A stretch of DNA of 64,000 nt from Mobula hypostoma (taxonomy: Eukaryota). Under the pieces are notes generated by a model, which saw only the letters and a program-made list of their open reading frames with translations, had not been told where the DNA came from and did no database searches. Made by a program: the position numbers and the translations under genes. Shown here piece after piece: positions 1-12,489 of the stretch (position 1 is the first letter of the stretch; every line of letters begins with the position of its first letter). The stretch is from assembly GCF_963921235.1 (NCBI RefSeq), contig NC_086097.1:132868001-132932000 (forward strand), in the 5' to 3' direction.

Positions 1-755
1 GTATATAGATTCAGACAACACACAGAATGGTAAGGTACTGAGGAGTGCAATAGAACAGAGGAATCTGGGAACACAGATACATAGTTCCTTAAAAGTGGTG
101 TAGCAGATAGAGGTTGTAAACAAAGCTTTCAGCATATTGGCCTTCATAAATCCAAGTATTTAGTACAGGAGTTAGGATGTTATGTTGAAGTTGTCCTAAG
201 ATGTTTGCGAGGCATAATTTGGAGTATAGTATGCAGTTCTGGTCAACCAACTACAGGAAAGATATCAATTAGATTGAAAGTGTATAGGGGAAATTTACAA
301 GGATGCTGCTGGGTCTTGGGGACCTGAGTTATAAGGAAAGGTTGACAAGATTATTACTTTATTCCCTGAAACGTAGGAGAATGATGGGAATCTTGATTGA
401 GGCATATAAAATGTGAACGGTATAGATAGGGTCAATGCAAACAGGCTTTATCTACCGAGTTTGGGAGAGAACTAGAAGTCATGGCTTAAGGGTTAAAGGT
501 GAAAGTTTAAGGGGAACATGAGCAGGAACTTCTTCACTCAGAAGCTGGTGAGAGTGTGGAAGAAAATGCCAGCAGAAATGGTGAATGTGGGTACAATCTC
601 AACCCTAAAGATGCATTTATATAAGTATGTGAAAAGGAGGGGCATGGAGGGCCATTGCCAGGTGCAAGTCAATAGGACTAGGCAGAACAATAGATCGGCA
701 TGAGCTAGATGGGCCAAAGGGCATGTTTCTGTGCTGTAGTTCTCTATGACTCTAT
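1..755 (+). mobile_element. CR1-clade LINE, 3' fragment (end of ORF2, 3' UTR, tail)
   Basis: Degenerate CR1 ORF2 C-terminal motifs (LEYSMQFWS; ORF 518-703 NFFTQKLVRVWKKMP), 3' stem-loop region gggccaaagggcatgtttctgtgctgt and tail tctatgactcta. Continues beyond the window start. Confidence 0.9.
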
Positions 756-769
756 AACATGAATAATAC

Positions 770-1300
770 ATAAATTATGTGTAATAGAATTGACATAAAA
801 ATGACTGCAAAACGAGACATTAGTACAAAAATAAAACAAAATCAGTGACAAATCCATGATAGGGCCAAGAGATGGTCTGTTTTGTTCTGGTACTGGGGTA
901 GGGTTGGTTCAAAGTCCTGATAGTTAAAGGAAAGTAGCGGTTCCTGAACCTGCTGATGTGGGACATCCGACTTCTGTACCTCCTGTACCATTGGTGGGAT
1001 GCACTATGATAAATTTTGCCTTCTGAGGCAGTGCCTCATATAGGAGTTGTCAGGGGTGAGAGGACTGTCCCTGTGATGGACCAGGATGTGTGCACTACTA
1101 TCTGCACCCTCTTGTATTCCTGCACATTGGAATTGCCATGCCAGACCGCAATACAACCCATCAGGATACTTTCAACAGTGCATTTCTTGACATTTGTGAG
1201 AGTATTTGGTGACATGCTGGATCTCTTTAAGCTTCCAAGAAAGTTCAGGAGCTGGTGTGTCTTCATGATTGCATCAATGTGCTGGACTCAGAACAGGACA
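770..1300 (-). mobile_element. Rex1/Babar-type LINE, 3' fragment
   Basis: ORF 1036-1266(-) LNFLGSLKRSSMSPNTLTN..KCTVESILMGCIAVWHGN aligns with the Rex1-type C-terminal domain also seen at 31380-31811. Confidence 0.7.
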
Positions 1301-1599
1301 GAGAGCTTGCAAATGCAAAACATGGTCACAGCCACTCATGATCCTTATGCCCACCTGGTGTTACTCCTACTCGAGTGATTGTCCAATGTAGGGTCACTCT
1401 ATCCACCAGCAAACTGTCCATCCAGTGCTGATTGGCAGCTGAGCCACTGGCTGTCCTTGGCCAATGAGTGCCAACAGCAGGTACACCCTCAGTGGACCAG
1501 AACCAGTAGGTAACTTGAAAGGTGCAACCAGCCAAGAAAACAGAAGTGCAGCTAATATAGCTGTTGTTTCACAACTCAAGTCACCTCTGCTTCAATCTC

Positions 1600-1880
1600 G
1601 ACCTCAATTGTTATCTATGTGGAGTTTACATATTCTCTTTGTGATCACAAGGGTTTCCCAGTGGCTCTCCGCTTTCCTCTCACATCCAAAAGGTGTGTGG
1701 GTTGTTGGGTTAATTTACCCTTGTGTACCTGAGGGGTAGAAACAGGGGGAGTGCGGTAGTTGATGGAAATGTGGAGGAATGAAAGAAAAGGGATAGTGTC
1801 AGATCAATATCAATGGGTGCCTGATTGTTGGCACAACCTCAATGGGCTGAAGGGCCTAGTTCTGTATTGTATGACTCAAT
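1600..1880 (+). mobile_element. HE1/V-SINE-like SINE, decayed
   Basis: V-domain-like core tgtggagtttacatattctc..gggtttcc..gctttcctctcacatccaaa, followed by a CR1-like 3' end (gggctgaagggcct). Confidence 0.6.
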
Positions 1881-2002
1881 GAGAAAGGAACCTTCAGACA
1901 TGGATGCTAGACACCGTGTCCCCAGGACTGAGTGAGGGCTCGGCAATAAAACGGTGACTTCCTGCAGGAAGGCGAGGCAGGTCAGACGCACTCACCCAGA
2001 GG

Positions 2003-2255
2003 GAAGAGAACCTTTTCTGCACACTCTTCAAAGTCTCCACTTCATTTCTTGCAATGAAGTAACCAGAACTGCACACAATACTCCATAAGTGGCATAACTG
2101 AAACTTTATACAGATGCAATGTGATTTCCCAACTTATATGCTCAACACTCTAAATGATGGAGGTCCATATGTCATATGCTTTTTCAACCACCATCTTTAC
2201 TTGTGGTGCCACCTTAAGGGAGTTATTGACTTGGACTCCAAGACCCCTCTGTGTC
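2003..2255 (-). mobile_element. CR1 fragment
   Basis: Minus-strand translation gives RGLGVQVNNSLKVAPQVKMVVEKAY and VETLKSVQKRF. Confidence 0.75.
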
Positions 2256-2259
2256 AAGG

Positions 2260-4320
2260 AATGTCGACCAGACTTGACCCAAAAGCAAAGCAGCGGAGAT
2301 GATTTAGTGGCAAGTGCTAATAATAATCCATGAGAGGGCACAAAGAGAGAATAGATACTTAACACCAGTAGGCAACAAGGTACCTTCAATCTAGTGAGGC
2401 TTTATGGGTAGAACTGAAAAATAGGTATGAACACATTAATAGTGTTCTATTATAACCCACCCAATGGTCTCTGGGATTTAAAGGAGCAAATTTGTAGAGA
2501 GAGATCGTAGACAGTTGCAAGAAACAAAAGGTTGTGATAGTAAGTAATTTTAACTTTCCACATATTGACTGGGACTCCCACACTGTAAAAAGGCTGGATA
2601 GGAAAGTGTTTGTCAAATTTGTTCAGGAAAGTTTCCTTAATCAGTATATAGAAGTACCAACTAGAGAGAGTATGATACTAGATCTCCTTTTAGATAATGA
2701 GACAAGGCAGGTGACAGAAGATTGTGTGGAAGAAAACTTCGCATCTAGTGATGATAATGCCATTAGTTTCAAGGTAATTATGGAGAAAGATAGGTCAGGT
2801 CCTAGGGTTAAGTTTCTGAATAGGAGAAATGCCTATTTTAAAAGCATCAGAAAGAATCCGGCAAGAGTCGATTGGGAAATGTTGTTTTCTGGCAAAGGTG
2901 TACTGGTAAGTAGGAGGCCTTCAAAAGAGGAAGTTTAAGGATACACCCTCTAGCCAGATGCTTTCCCCTTCCTGCCCTTTTATCCTGTTATCTTCCTCCA
3001 TCCTGTGAAAAGTGGTGTGCTGTAGGGATGACACTGGGTCCATTGTTTTCAGTCCTGAAGAGAAGCCATATAGAGTTTATCAGGGAAATTACTAGGAAAA
3101 TCGATGAAGGCAAGACAGTTCATGTTGTCTACATGGATTTTAGCAAGGCTTTAACAAGGTGGTCTCGCATGGGAGGGTGGTCAAGAAGGTTCAGTCGCTT
3201 AGCATTCAAGATGAGGTAATAAATTGCATTAGACATTGGCTTCACAAGAGAAGACAGAGAGAGGTTGGAAATGGTTGCTTCTCTGACTAGAGGCCTGTGA
3301 CTAGTGGTGTGCTGCAGGGATCAGCACTGGGTCCATTGTTGTTTGTCATCTGTATCAATGATCTGGATCATAATGTGGTAAACTGGATCAGCAAATTTGC
3401 AGATGACACCAAGATTTGAGTTGTAGTGAACAGTGAGGAAGACTATCAAAGCTTGCAGTGGGATCTGGACCAGCTAGTAAAATGGGCTGAAAAATGACAG
3501 ATGAAACTTAATGCAGTCGAGTATGAGGTGTTGCACTATGGGAAGACCAACCAGGGTAGGTCTTACACAGTGAGTGGTAGGGCACTGAGGACTGCAATAG
3601 AACCAAGGGATCTGGAAATACAGATCCATAACCTCTCGAAAATGGTATCACGGGTAGGTAGGGTTGTAAAGAAAGCTTTTGGCACGTTGGCATTCATAAG
3701 TCAATGTATTGAGTACTGGAGGTGGGATATTATGTTTAAGTTGTATGAGACATTAAAGCAGCCTAATTTAGAGTATTGTGTGCAATTTTGATCACCTACC
3801 TACAACAGGAAAGGTGTAAATAAGATTGAAAGAGTGCAGAGAAAATTTATAAGGATGTTTCTGGGCCTTGAGGACCTAGGTATAAGGAAAGGTTTAATAG
3901 CTTAGGATTTTATTCCCCAGAACGCAGAAGATTGAGGGGAGATTTGATAGAAGTATACCAAACTATGAGGGTATAGATAGGGTAAATACAAGAAAACTTC
4001 TCCCACTGAGGTAGAGTGAGACTACAACTAGATGTTGTGGGTTAGGGTTGAAAGGTGAAATGTTTTAGGGGAACATGAGAGTGATCTTCTTCATTCAGAG
4101 GGTGGTGCAAGTGTGGAATGAGCTGCCAACAGAAGTGGTGTATGCGGGTTCGATTTCAAAATTTAAGAGAAATTTGGATAGGTACATGGATGGGAATAGT
4201 ATGGAGGGCTATGGACCAGGTGCAGGTTGATGGGACAAGGCAGATTAATGGTTTGGCACAGAATAGATAGGCAAAAAGGCCTGTTTATGTGCTTTAGTTT
4301 TTCATGACCTTATGACTGTA
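2260..4320 (+). mobile_element. CR1 LINE ORF2 remnant (APE end, RT, 3' end) with internal deletion
   Basis: Translations NFNFPHIDW, ILDLLL, SSDDNAI (endonuclease), [31 protein letters not shown] (RT) and LEYCVQF; tail atgaccttatgactgtatga. Many stops and frameshifts. Confidence 0.92.
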
Positions 4321-4722
4321 TGAGGCTATGAGCAACTGGTTGAGGCTGGCTGTTTTGATGGGTGAACAATGACGGTGGATGAGATCTGGGTTTAAATAGG
4401 CTGCAGGTGATGAGTTGGAAATGAGTGGCAGATGACTCATGTTAACTGGGTGGAGATCAGGAAGTGCCTGCCTGTGCAGGCCTGACACATTGTACAACAA
4501 GGTGGATGACAGATGGTAAATGTAGTTCCCGGATCTTCGTGATTTTTATAAATGACTTGGATGAGGGAGCAGAAGGGCGCTTCAGTAAGACTGCAGATGA
4601 CATGAAGGTTGAAAGTGTTGTAAGTAGTACAAATGGTTGTCATGGGTTACAACAGAATAGACAGGATACAAAGCTGGCTGGAGAAGTGCCAGATGGAGTT
4701 CAACCTGGAAAAGTGTGAAGTG

Positions 4723-5526
4723 TGTTACATACCTCATGGGTATCTTGTGACTGTCTTATGACCATGATGTAATTGAGTATCTTGTGAGCATGATGTAATG
4801 GTCTTGTGATGGTGGGGTGATGTAATTTTCCCGCCAGTGTGAGGTCACGTGATGACACGTTCTCAACAAGTATATAACGGGAAACCTCTGTAGTTACACA
4901 GTTGATTTGTTGTTTAATTCATCAGTTACTCCGGTATGCTGTGTATTTGCGTCTCATGACGCAGTTTTGTTTTAAAGTGGAGTTTTACTTTCTATTGTAA
5001 GTCTAGTATTGGAGAGTGGAGACCTTACTAAAGTACGGAAACCTGAAGAATTGAGTAAAGTTGGTGTCATTCAGCAGTTTCATAAAGGATTGGCCTTATT
5101 GAATCTTCGTTCAGAAATAGTGACCTGCATCTGAGATAACCATTGTAAGATCGGGAAGGTTTGTGCAGTGTTCATTCGCCAGGGAAAAGGTCAGTTCCTT
5201 TAAGCCGTTTTATTTCATTCATCGTGAATCCTTTGGATCGAATCAGCAGTAACGTCACGTCTTCGAAGAAATCCGTTTCCAGAGAAGTCTCTTCTTATTG
5301 ACTGTGTAAATCACTTGGACTTTCAAATTTACCATTTTAAGACTGTGTTCGAATTTACCACTTTAAGAACTGTTCCAGAGTTGCCGTATAGCAGTAAGCT
5401 TCTGGTTAAGTTAGTCATTTCGCTATTGTTTTCTTTTTGCTATTTTTGAGCAGAGTTTAATAAATGTTTATGTTTGTTTTTAAAACCTGACTCAATTCTA
5501 TATTCATTGTTGCTGGTCACGTGACA
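4723..5526 (+). mobile_element. Solo LTR, 804 bp
   Basis: Termini TGTTAC...GTGACA; 4-bp TSD AGTG (4719-4722 and 5527-5530); TATATAA at 4871; AATAAA at about 5459; cleanly splits a CR1 coding sequence. Confidence 0.88.
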
Positions 5527-6084
5527 AGTGATTCAGTTTGGAAGATCAAACGTGAAGGAAGAGTACAAGGTCTTTTATGAGAATCTTAGATGTGTGGAGG
5601 AACAGAGGGATCTTGTAATCCAAGTCCACATATTCCTCAAAGTTGCTGTATACTTGATAGGTTAATTAAGAAGGTGTGTAGTATGCTGGCCTTCATTAGT
5701 CAAGGGATTGAGTTCAAGATCTCTAGATTATGATGCAACTGTATAAAACTCTGATTACATCACACTTAGAGTACCCTGTTCAATTCTGTTTGCTTCATTA
5801 TAGGAAGGATGTGGAAGCTATAAAAAGGGTTCAGAAGAGATTTATTAGGATGCTCCCTGGATTAGAAGATATGTCTTAAGAGGAAATGTTAAGTAAGCTA
5901 AGGCTTTTCTCTTTGGAGCAATGAGGGATGGGATGCTAATTGATAGAGACGTGTAAGATTATGAGAGGCATAAATAGAATGGACAGCCAACACCTTTCTC
6001 CCAAGCAGCAAAAGCCAATAGATACAGACATGAGAACGTGTATTTAAAATGAGTGGATGCAAGAAAAATGGAGAATAATGGGCT

Positions 6085-7435
6085 ACACACACAAAAAATG
6101 CTGGTGAGCGCAGCAGGCCAGGCAGCATCTATAGGAAGAGGTACAGTCGACGTTTTGGACCGACACCCTTTGTCAGGACCAACTGAAAGAAGAGATAGCA
6201 AGAAATTTGAAAGTGGGAGGAGAGGGAAGATCCAAAATGATAGGAGAAGGCAGGAGGGGGAGGAGTGGAGCTAAGAGCTGGAAAGTTGATTGGCAAAAGG
6301 GATACAAAGCTGGAGAAGGGAGAGGATCATGGGACGGGAGGCCTAGGGAAAAAGAAAGGGGTGGGGGGGAAGCCCAGAGGATGGGCAAGGAGTATAGTGA
6401 GAGGGATAGAGGGAGAAAAAAAGAGAGGAAAAAAAAGGAAAAGAAAACAATAATAATAATGAAAAATAAATAGATAGACGGATAAATAAATAAATAAATA
6501 AATAAATAAGGGATGGGGTACGAAGGGGTGGTTGCACATTAACGGAATTTAGAGAAGTCAATGTTCATGCCATCAGGTTGGAGGCTACCCTGACGGAATA
6601 TAAGGTGTTGTTCCTCCAACCTGAGTGTGGCTTCATCTTTACAGTAGAGGAGGCCGTGGATAGACATATCAGAATGAGAATGAGCGTAGGTGTTCAGCGA
6701 AATGATCTCCCAGTCTGCGTCGGGTCTCGCCAATATATAGAAGGCCCCATTGGGAGCACCGGATGCAGTATATAACACCAGCCGACTCACAGGTGAAGTT
6801 TCGCCTCACCTGGAAGGACTGTCTGGGGCCCTGAATGGTGGTGAGGGAGGAAATGTAAGGGCATGTGTAGCACTTGTTCCAATTACAAGGATAAGTGCCG
6901 GGAGGGAGATCAGTGGGAAGCGATGGGGGGGACGAATGGACAAGGGAGTTGCGTAGGGAGCGATCCCTGTGGAAAGCAGAAAGAGTTGGGGGAGGGAAAG
7001 ATGTGCTTGGTGGTGGGATCCTGTTGGAGGTGGCGGAAGTTACAGAGAATTATATGTTGGACCCGGAGGCTGGAGGGGTTGTAAGTGAGGACAAGGGGAA
7101 CCTTATTCCTAGTGGGGTGGCGGGAGGATGGGGTGAGAGCAGATGTGCGTGAAATGGGAGAGATGCATCTGAGAGCAGAGTTGATGGTGGAGGAAGGGAA
7201 CCCCCTTTCTCTAATAAATGAAGACATCTCCCTCATCCTAGAATGAAAAGCCTCATCCTGAGAGCAGATGCGGCGGAGACGGAGGAATTGCGAGAAGGGG
7301 ATGGCGTTTTTGCAAGAGACAGGGTGAGAAGAGGAATAGTCCAGATAGCTGTGAGAGTCAGTAGGCTTATAGTAGACATCAGTGGATAAGCTGTCTCCAG
7401 AGACAGAGACAGAAAGATCTAGAAAGGGGAGGGAG
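6085..7435 (-). mobile_element. Penelope-like element (Neptune-type), 5'-truncated
   Basis: Reverse complement aligns with 57085-58415: RT thumb region, GIY-YIG remnant (LRLEEQHLIFRQGSLQPDGMNIDFSKFR), pyrimidine-rich 3' UTR, decayed hammerhead at about 6144-6180. About 55 bp are deleted in the GIY-YIG near 6682. Confidence 0.93.
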
Positions 7436-7764
7436 ATTGGATTGATCGTGAAGTGGGTTTATAGGGGTTGGCACAACATCCTGGGCTGAAGGGCTCATAC
7501 TGTGCTGTAGTGTTCTATGTTCTACCCTCCTAAGAATCCTACCATTTACTGGATACTTTCATTTTACACTTGATCTCTCAAAGTGCAGTATCTCAGACTG
7601 TCCAAATTGAATTCTGCCTTCCATTTCTCTTATGCTGTTTCCAATGCTTTGTAATGATCTGCTCGAGTGGCATGCAAATCAAAGTTTTTCACTGTACCTT
7701 GGTACATGTGACAACAATAAACTAATTAAACAAATAAAATTTTATTGAAAAAAATAATAACTAC

Positions 7765-7826
7765 CTGAACCTGAGAGCCTTTTCTGATCCTTTTGCTAAT
7801 TCCTTCCTTGTAAAACCATGTTCCGT
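7765..7826 (-). other. Candidate 62-nt internal exon of an unidentified host gene
   Basis: Minus strand ...gactaatattgcag|ACGGAA...GTTCAG|gtagtt in non-repetitive sequence; open in two frames. The polypyrimidine tract is weak. Confidence 0.2.
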
Positions 7827-8184
7827 CTGCAATATTAGTCTTTACATTTTACACAGAGACACAGTAAATACATGCCTAGGAATTAGTGTCAGTCTATAAA
7901 TTACATGCTGTTGACCCTAAGGAAATGAAAGATGAATTTTATAAGCAAATCCTTTAATTATATGATACGGAATATTCCAAAGGCTATTAAATGTGTTACG
8001 CACCAAAACATACACAACAATATACAGTAGCTGTGGAAAAGTTTGTGAGAGCAGCTGGCATGTCAGATAAATGTGAGGTTCAGTTCTGTTCTATTTGATG
8101 AAGAGATTAAGTGAAATCACTATGTTGCATTGAGGGGTATTGGAATAATGCCAGGACAGTGGTGCAAAATGTTCTAATTTTAGC

Positions 8185-10350
8185 GTGCAGAGTGCTAATT
8201 TCTGCATGCAGAGCCCTCCACTCTCTCTGTACCAATCCCAATGTTACCGTCAAATCAGTAGGCAAAGTGGGTGCTGTTGTACTCTGGTGCACAGACCTCT
8301 ACCTTGCTGAGGCCAGGTGGCAACTCTCAGACACCTCCTGATACAAACCCTTGAAGAGGACCCTTACTCCAGACCATCAGAAAACTGCCCTCGACACCAT
8401 CACTGACCTCATCAATTCTGGAGAACTTCCATCCACTGCCACCAAACTCTTTGTACCCTTACCCCACACGGTTTGTTTCTACTTCCTATCTAAGATTCAC
8501 AAACCTGACTGTTCAGTAGGCCTATTGTCTCTGCCTTCTCCTGCCCTACTGAACTCATGTCCTCATACCTCAACTCTATCCTATCCCCCTTGGCTCAGTC
8601 CCTTCCCAGCTACATCCGTGACACTTTTCATGCTCTTCATCTCCTCACTAACTTTCACTTGCCTAGCCTTGATCACCTCCTTTTCACTATGGATGTCTAT
8701 CCCCCATCAAGAAGGCCTTAAAGTGCTCCACTTCTTTCTCGATAAAAGAACTAACCAGTTCCCCTCCAACACCATCCTCCTCCATCTAACAGAACTGGTC
8801 CTCAACCTCACCAAATTTCCTTCGGCTCCTCCCACTTTCTACAGATTCAAAGGATAGACATGAGCACCTACATGGGCCCCAGCTATGCCTGTCTTATTGT
8901 TGGCTACATAGAACAGTCCATATTCCTAGATTTCCCCAGTAATATTCCACAGCACTTCCTCCACTACATTGACGACTGCATTGGCGCTGTTTCATGCAGC
9001 CACTCTGAGCTCATCAATTTCACCAACTTTGCCTTCAATTTCCACACTGCCCTTAAATTCACTTGGTCCTTTTCTGACACCACCCTCCCCTTTCTCAACG
9101 TCCCTGTCACCATCCTTGGAGACAAACTGTCGACCGACCTCCTTTATAAGCCTCCTGATTCCCATGGTTGTCTTGACCACACCTTTTCACAGTCTGTCTC
9201 CTGCAAAAATACCATTCTTTGTCTCCCCTGCACCTGTTCCCAGGACATGGCTTTCCTTTCCAGGACATCAGAGATGGCCTCCTTCTTTAAGCAATGGGGC
9301 TTCCCTTCCTCCACCATTGATACTACCCTCCCCCACATCCCTAAATTTTCCGCATGTCCGCACTCACCCTATCTTCCCCCGCCTTAACAGTAATATAGCT
9401 CCTCTTGTCCTTCCCTACCGCCCTGTGACCCTCCACATCCAACATATCATTCTTCACAATTTACGCCATCTCCAAAGGGATCCTACTTCTAAATATATCT
9501 TCACCTCCCCCCGCTCTCTCCACTTTCTGCGGGGTTCACTCCCTTCGTGATTATCTTGTCCACTCATCCCTCCCCATTAATCCCCCTCCCGGCACTTATA
9601 CCTGCAAGTGGCCAAAATGCTACACCTGCCCATTCACCTCCTCCCTCACCTCCATTCAGTGCCCCAAACCATTCTTCCAGGTGAGACAACACCTAACCTG
9701 CGAATCTGTTGGGGTTCTCGATTGTGTCCAGTGCTCCCAACGCGGTCTCCTCTACATTAGTGAGTCCCATCGCAAACTAGGGAACTGTTTCGTTAAGCAC
9801 CTCTGCTCCATCGGCCAAAAGCAGAACTTCCTGGAGGCCAAGCATTTAAATTCCGATTCCAGTTCCTATTTCGACATGTCAGTCCATGGTCTCCTCTTGT
9901 GCCATGATGAGGCCAATCTCAGGATGGAGGAGCAACACCTTATATTCCATCTGGGTAGCCTCCAAGATGATGGCATGAATAATGATTTTTCCTTCCAGTT
10001 AAAAAAATTCTTTCCCTCTTCTTCTAACTCTCTACTCTGGCCCCTTACCTCTTCTCACCTGCCTATCACTTCACCCCTAGTGCCCCTCCTCCCTCCCTTT
10101 CTCCTATGGTCCTCTTCCTCCACCTATCAGATTCCTTTCTCTCAATCCCTTTACCTTTCCTACCCACCTAGCTTCACCTATCACCTTCTAACTATCCTCC
10201 TTCCGCTCCCCCCCCACCTTTTTATTCTGTCATTTGCCCCCTTTCTTTCCAGTCCTGAAGAAAGGTCTCAGCCTGAAACATAGACTGCTTATTCATTTTA
10301 AAAGATGCTGCCTGACCTGCTAAGTTCCTCCGGCAATTTGTGTGTGTTTG
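8185..10350 (+). mobile_element. Penelope-like element, older subfamily, decayed RT + GIY-YIG
   Basis: Translations FYFLSKIHKP, MGPSYA, LHYIDDCIG, YKPPDSH, CESVGVLDCVQCSQRGLLYISE, MEEQHLIFHLGSLQDDGMN; 3' UTR with hammerhead motif at 10250-10287. Confidence 0.92.
10250..10287 (+). ncRNA. Minimal type I hammerhead ribozyme motif (PLE-associated)
   Basis: CAGTC-CTGAAGA-A-AGGT(CTCA)GCCT-GAAA-CA-TA^-GACTG. Stem I CAGTC/GACTG, intact CUGANGA and GAAA cores, 4-bp stem II. The stem III palindrome has decayed (ACGT>ACAT). Confidence 0.7.
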
Positions 10351-10631
10351 CCTTGCTGTTCATATCACTAATTGTTTCCCACTTAACAGAAATATCAACA
10401 ATCAATTTACATTTACAAAATATTCTTGACATGGTAAAAGGTTCTCAGGCACTTAGCAGGAGTGTTTTCAAACAAAATTTAACACTACCCACGTAAGTAT
10501 TTTAAACAGAGTGCTGGGTGCCTGGAATGCACTATGAGAGAGATCTGGTTGTGGAAGCTGGTACAATAGAGATGTTTAAGAAATTGTTACGTATACACTT
10601 GAGTATGCGATGGTGGGGTCTGAACATAGTA

Positions 10632-10942
10632 CAAGGGGTGATTAATAAGTTCATGGCCTAAGGTAGAAGCAGTCAATTTTAGGAAACCTAGCACATTTAG
10701 TTTTCAACATAGTCCCCTCCTGCATTTACACACTTAGTCCAGCGGTCATGGAACATACGGATCCCTTCTTTGCAGAAGTCAGCATCTTGGACCTCTAGAA
10801 GTGGTCCACAGCAGGGGTGATTGATAAGTTTGTGGCCTAAGGTAGAAGGAGATGAGTTATACAGCTCTCGTTACATGCACGTGCAGTTCAACTCTTTCAG
10901 TGATTATGAAGAAGGTTTGAAGTTAATAACTCATCTCCTTCT
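10632..10942 (-). mobile_element. Mariner DNA transposon deletion derivative
   Basis: Starts after TA with CAAGGGGTGATTAATAAGTT. Minus strand encodes the mariner transposase C-terminus EVQDADFCKEGIRMFHDRWTKCVNAGGDYVEN*. The terminal ~37 bp recur internally at about 10813-10851. Confidence 0.8.
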
Positions 10943-10949
10943 GAATCCT

Positions 10950-11310
10950 AAAGATGCTGGGATTCCAGAGAAGCACACATAAAATGCTGGAGTAACTCAG
11001 CAAGTCAGGCAGCATCTATTAAAATGAATAAGGGGGTCAGCATTTCAGGCCAATACACTTCAACAAGACTGGAAAGGAATGGGGCAGAAGCCAGAATAAG
11101 AAGGTGGGTAACACACTCAAAATGCTGGAGGAACTTGATGAAGGGTCTCGGCCCGAAACATCGACTGTACACTTTCCCATAGATGCTGTCTGGCCTGCTG
11201 AGTTCCCCCAGCATTTGGTGTGCTTCGATTTTTCCAGCATCTGCAGATTTTCTCTTGTTTGTGATAAGGAAGTGTTGGGGGAAAGAATACAAGCTAGCAG
11301 GTGACATTGT
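10950..11310. mobile_element. Nested PLE 3'-end fragments: old minus-strand 3' UTR containing a short plus-strand fold-back copy (about 11110-11262)
   Basis: aaatgctggagtaactcagcaagtcaggcagcatc (minus), then acacactcaaaatgctggaggaact-tgatgaagggtctcggcccgaaacatcgactg...ccagcatctgcagattttctcttgtttgt (plus). Confidence 0.8.
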
Positions 11311-12489
11311 GTTCAGGTATTGTACTCTTCTAGCTTCTAACTTCCATCAGCTGTCTCCCCCTGATTCTTTATACTGCAGTTTTGAATCTCAAACTGATAA
11401 AATAACTTTCTTTGTTTCTTTCCTTTCCTGGATAGGTGCATATGAATATGCCGAAAATGGAAAGATGCAGACCAGGCACAGGAAGAATGGATTGGATGTC
11501 AGTAGCTTAATTAGTTCGGCCCAGCATCATGGGGCAAAGAGCCTCTTCCTGTGCTGTGCTGCTTTATGTTCTAAATAGACAAGAGAGCAAAAGAAAACTT
11601 GGCCTTGGAACTTAGAGTTTCATAGTTTCTAGTTGTGTTCTTCTCCACTAATATCTTGCCTTGCAGTCTTTTTCTTCACTATCCTGTCTATCTTATGTAT
11701 AATTCATGCTCTGTATGTTGTCTGCAAGCAACTTCTTCATGTATTTGTATCTCATTGTACTTGTGCATAAGGCAATAAATGTAGCTCAACTTTTAAGGAG
11801 GAGGTGGAGAGACTGAGATGTATGTTGAGGAAGTTCCAGAGTTGAAGGTGTACTTGTTGACAGTAGAGAACTAGAAACCAGAATTGTGCAGAGGTGAGTC
11901 GGAAATGGAAAGCAGAGGGTTTGATGTACTGAAGAATGAAAAAGAGAGAGAAATGAGACTTTGGAAAGAAGGGTGAGTCTAGTAGGGTGAAGTAGTATCC
12001 CAGGTTGTCCAATTAAGCAGTAGAAGAAAAAAATGATCCAAAACAGGTTCTGGCATTATGAATGTGAGTCCATCCTGTAATATTAAGGATACAAATGCAT
12101 CGAATTCCAAATTTGGCAAGTTTAATGTGCTGTGCACCACTGCATTGGAGGGATTCAAAAACAAGAATGGGAATGAATAAACTGAGTTGCTTCTGGACTG
12201 AGAGCTATGGGTAAGCCTAGGTAGTGCTAAGGTAAGGACATGTTTGGCACAGCTTTATGGGCCGAAGGGCCAGTATTGTGCTGTAGGCTTTCTATGTTTC
12301 TATGAGAGCCGGTGTAGATTGAATTGGAGGTAATGCTGTCAATCATTTTAAATCTAATTAGATGAAGTGGGATAATGGTGCAATACATGAATCTGTTGCA
12401 ATTCTCATAATTTTATTAAATGATCAGTTGATTGAAGAGTAGTAAGTGTTTCTCATTGTTCAAAACCATGGGCTTCCTGACGCATTGGG

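Larger units (their letters stand above)
4480..7525 (+). mobile_element. CR1 3' portion interrupted by a solo LTR (4723-5526) and a PLE (6085-7435)
   Basis: FINDLDEG..ADDMKV before the LTR; KCEV|IQFG joins across the LTR; 3' UTR and tail resume at about 7435-7525 (gggctgaagggctcatactgtgctgtagtgttctatgttct). Confidence 0.8.
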
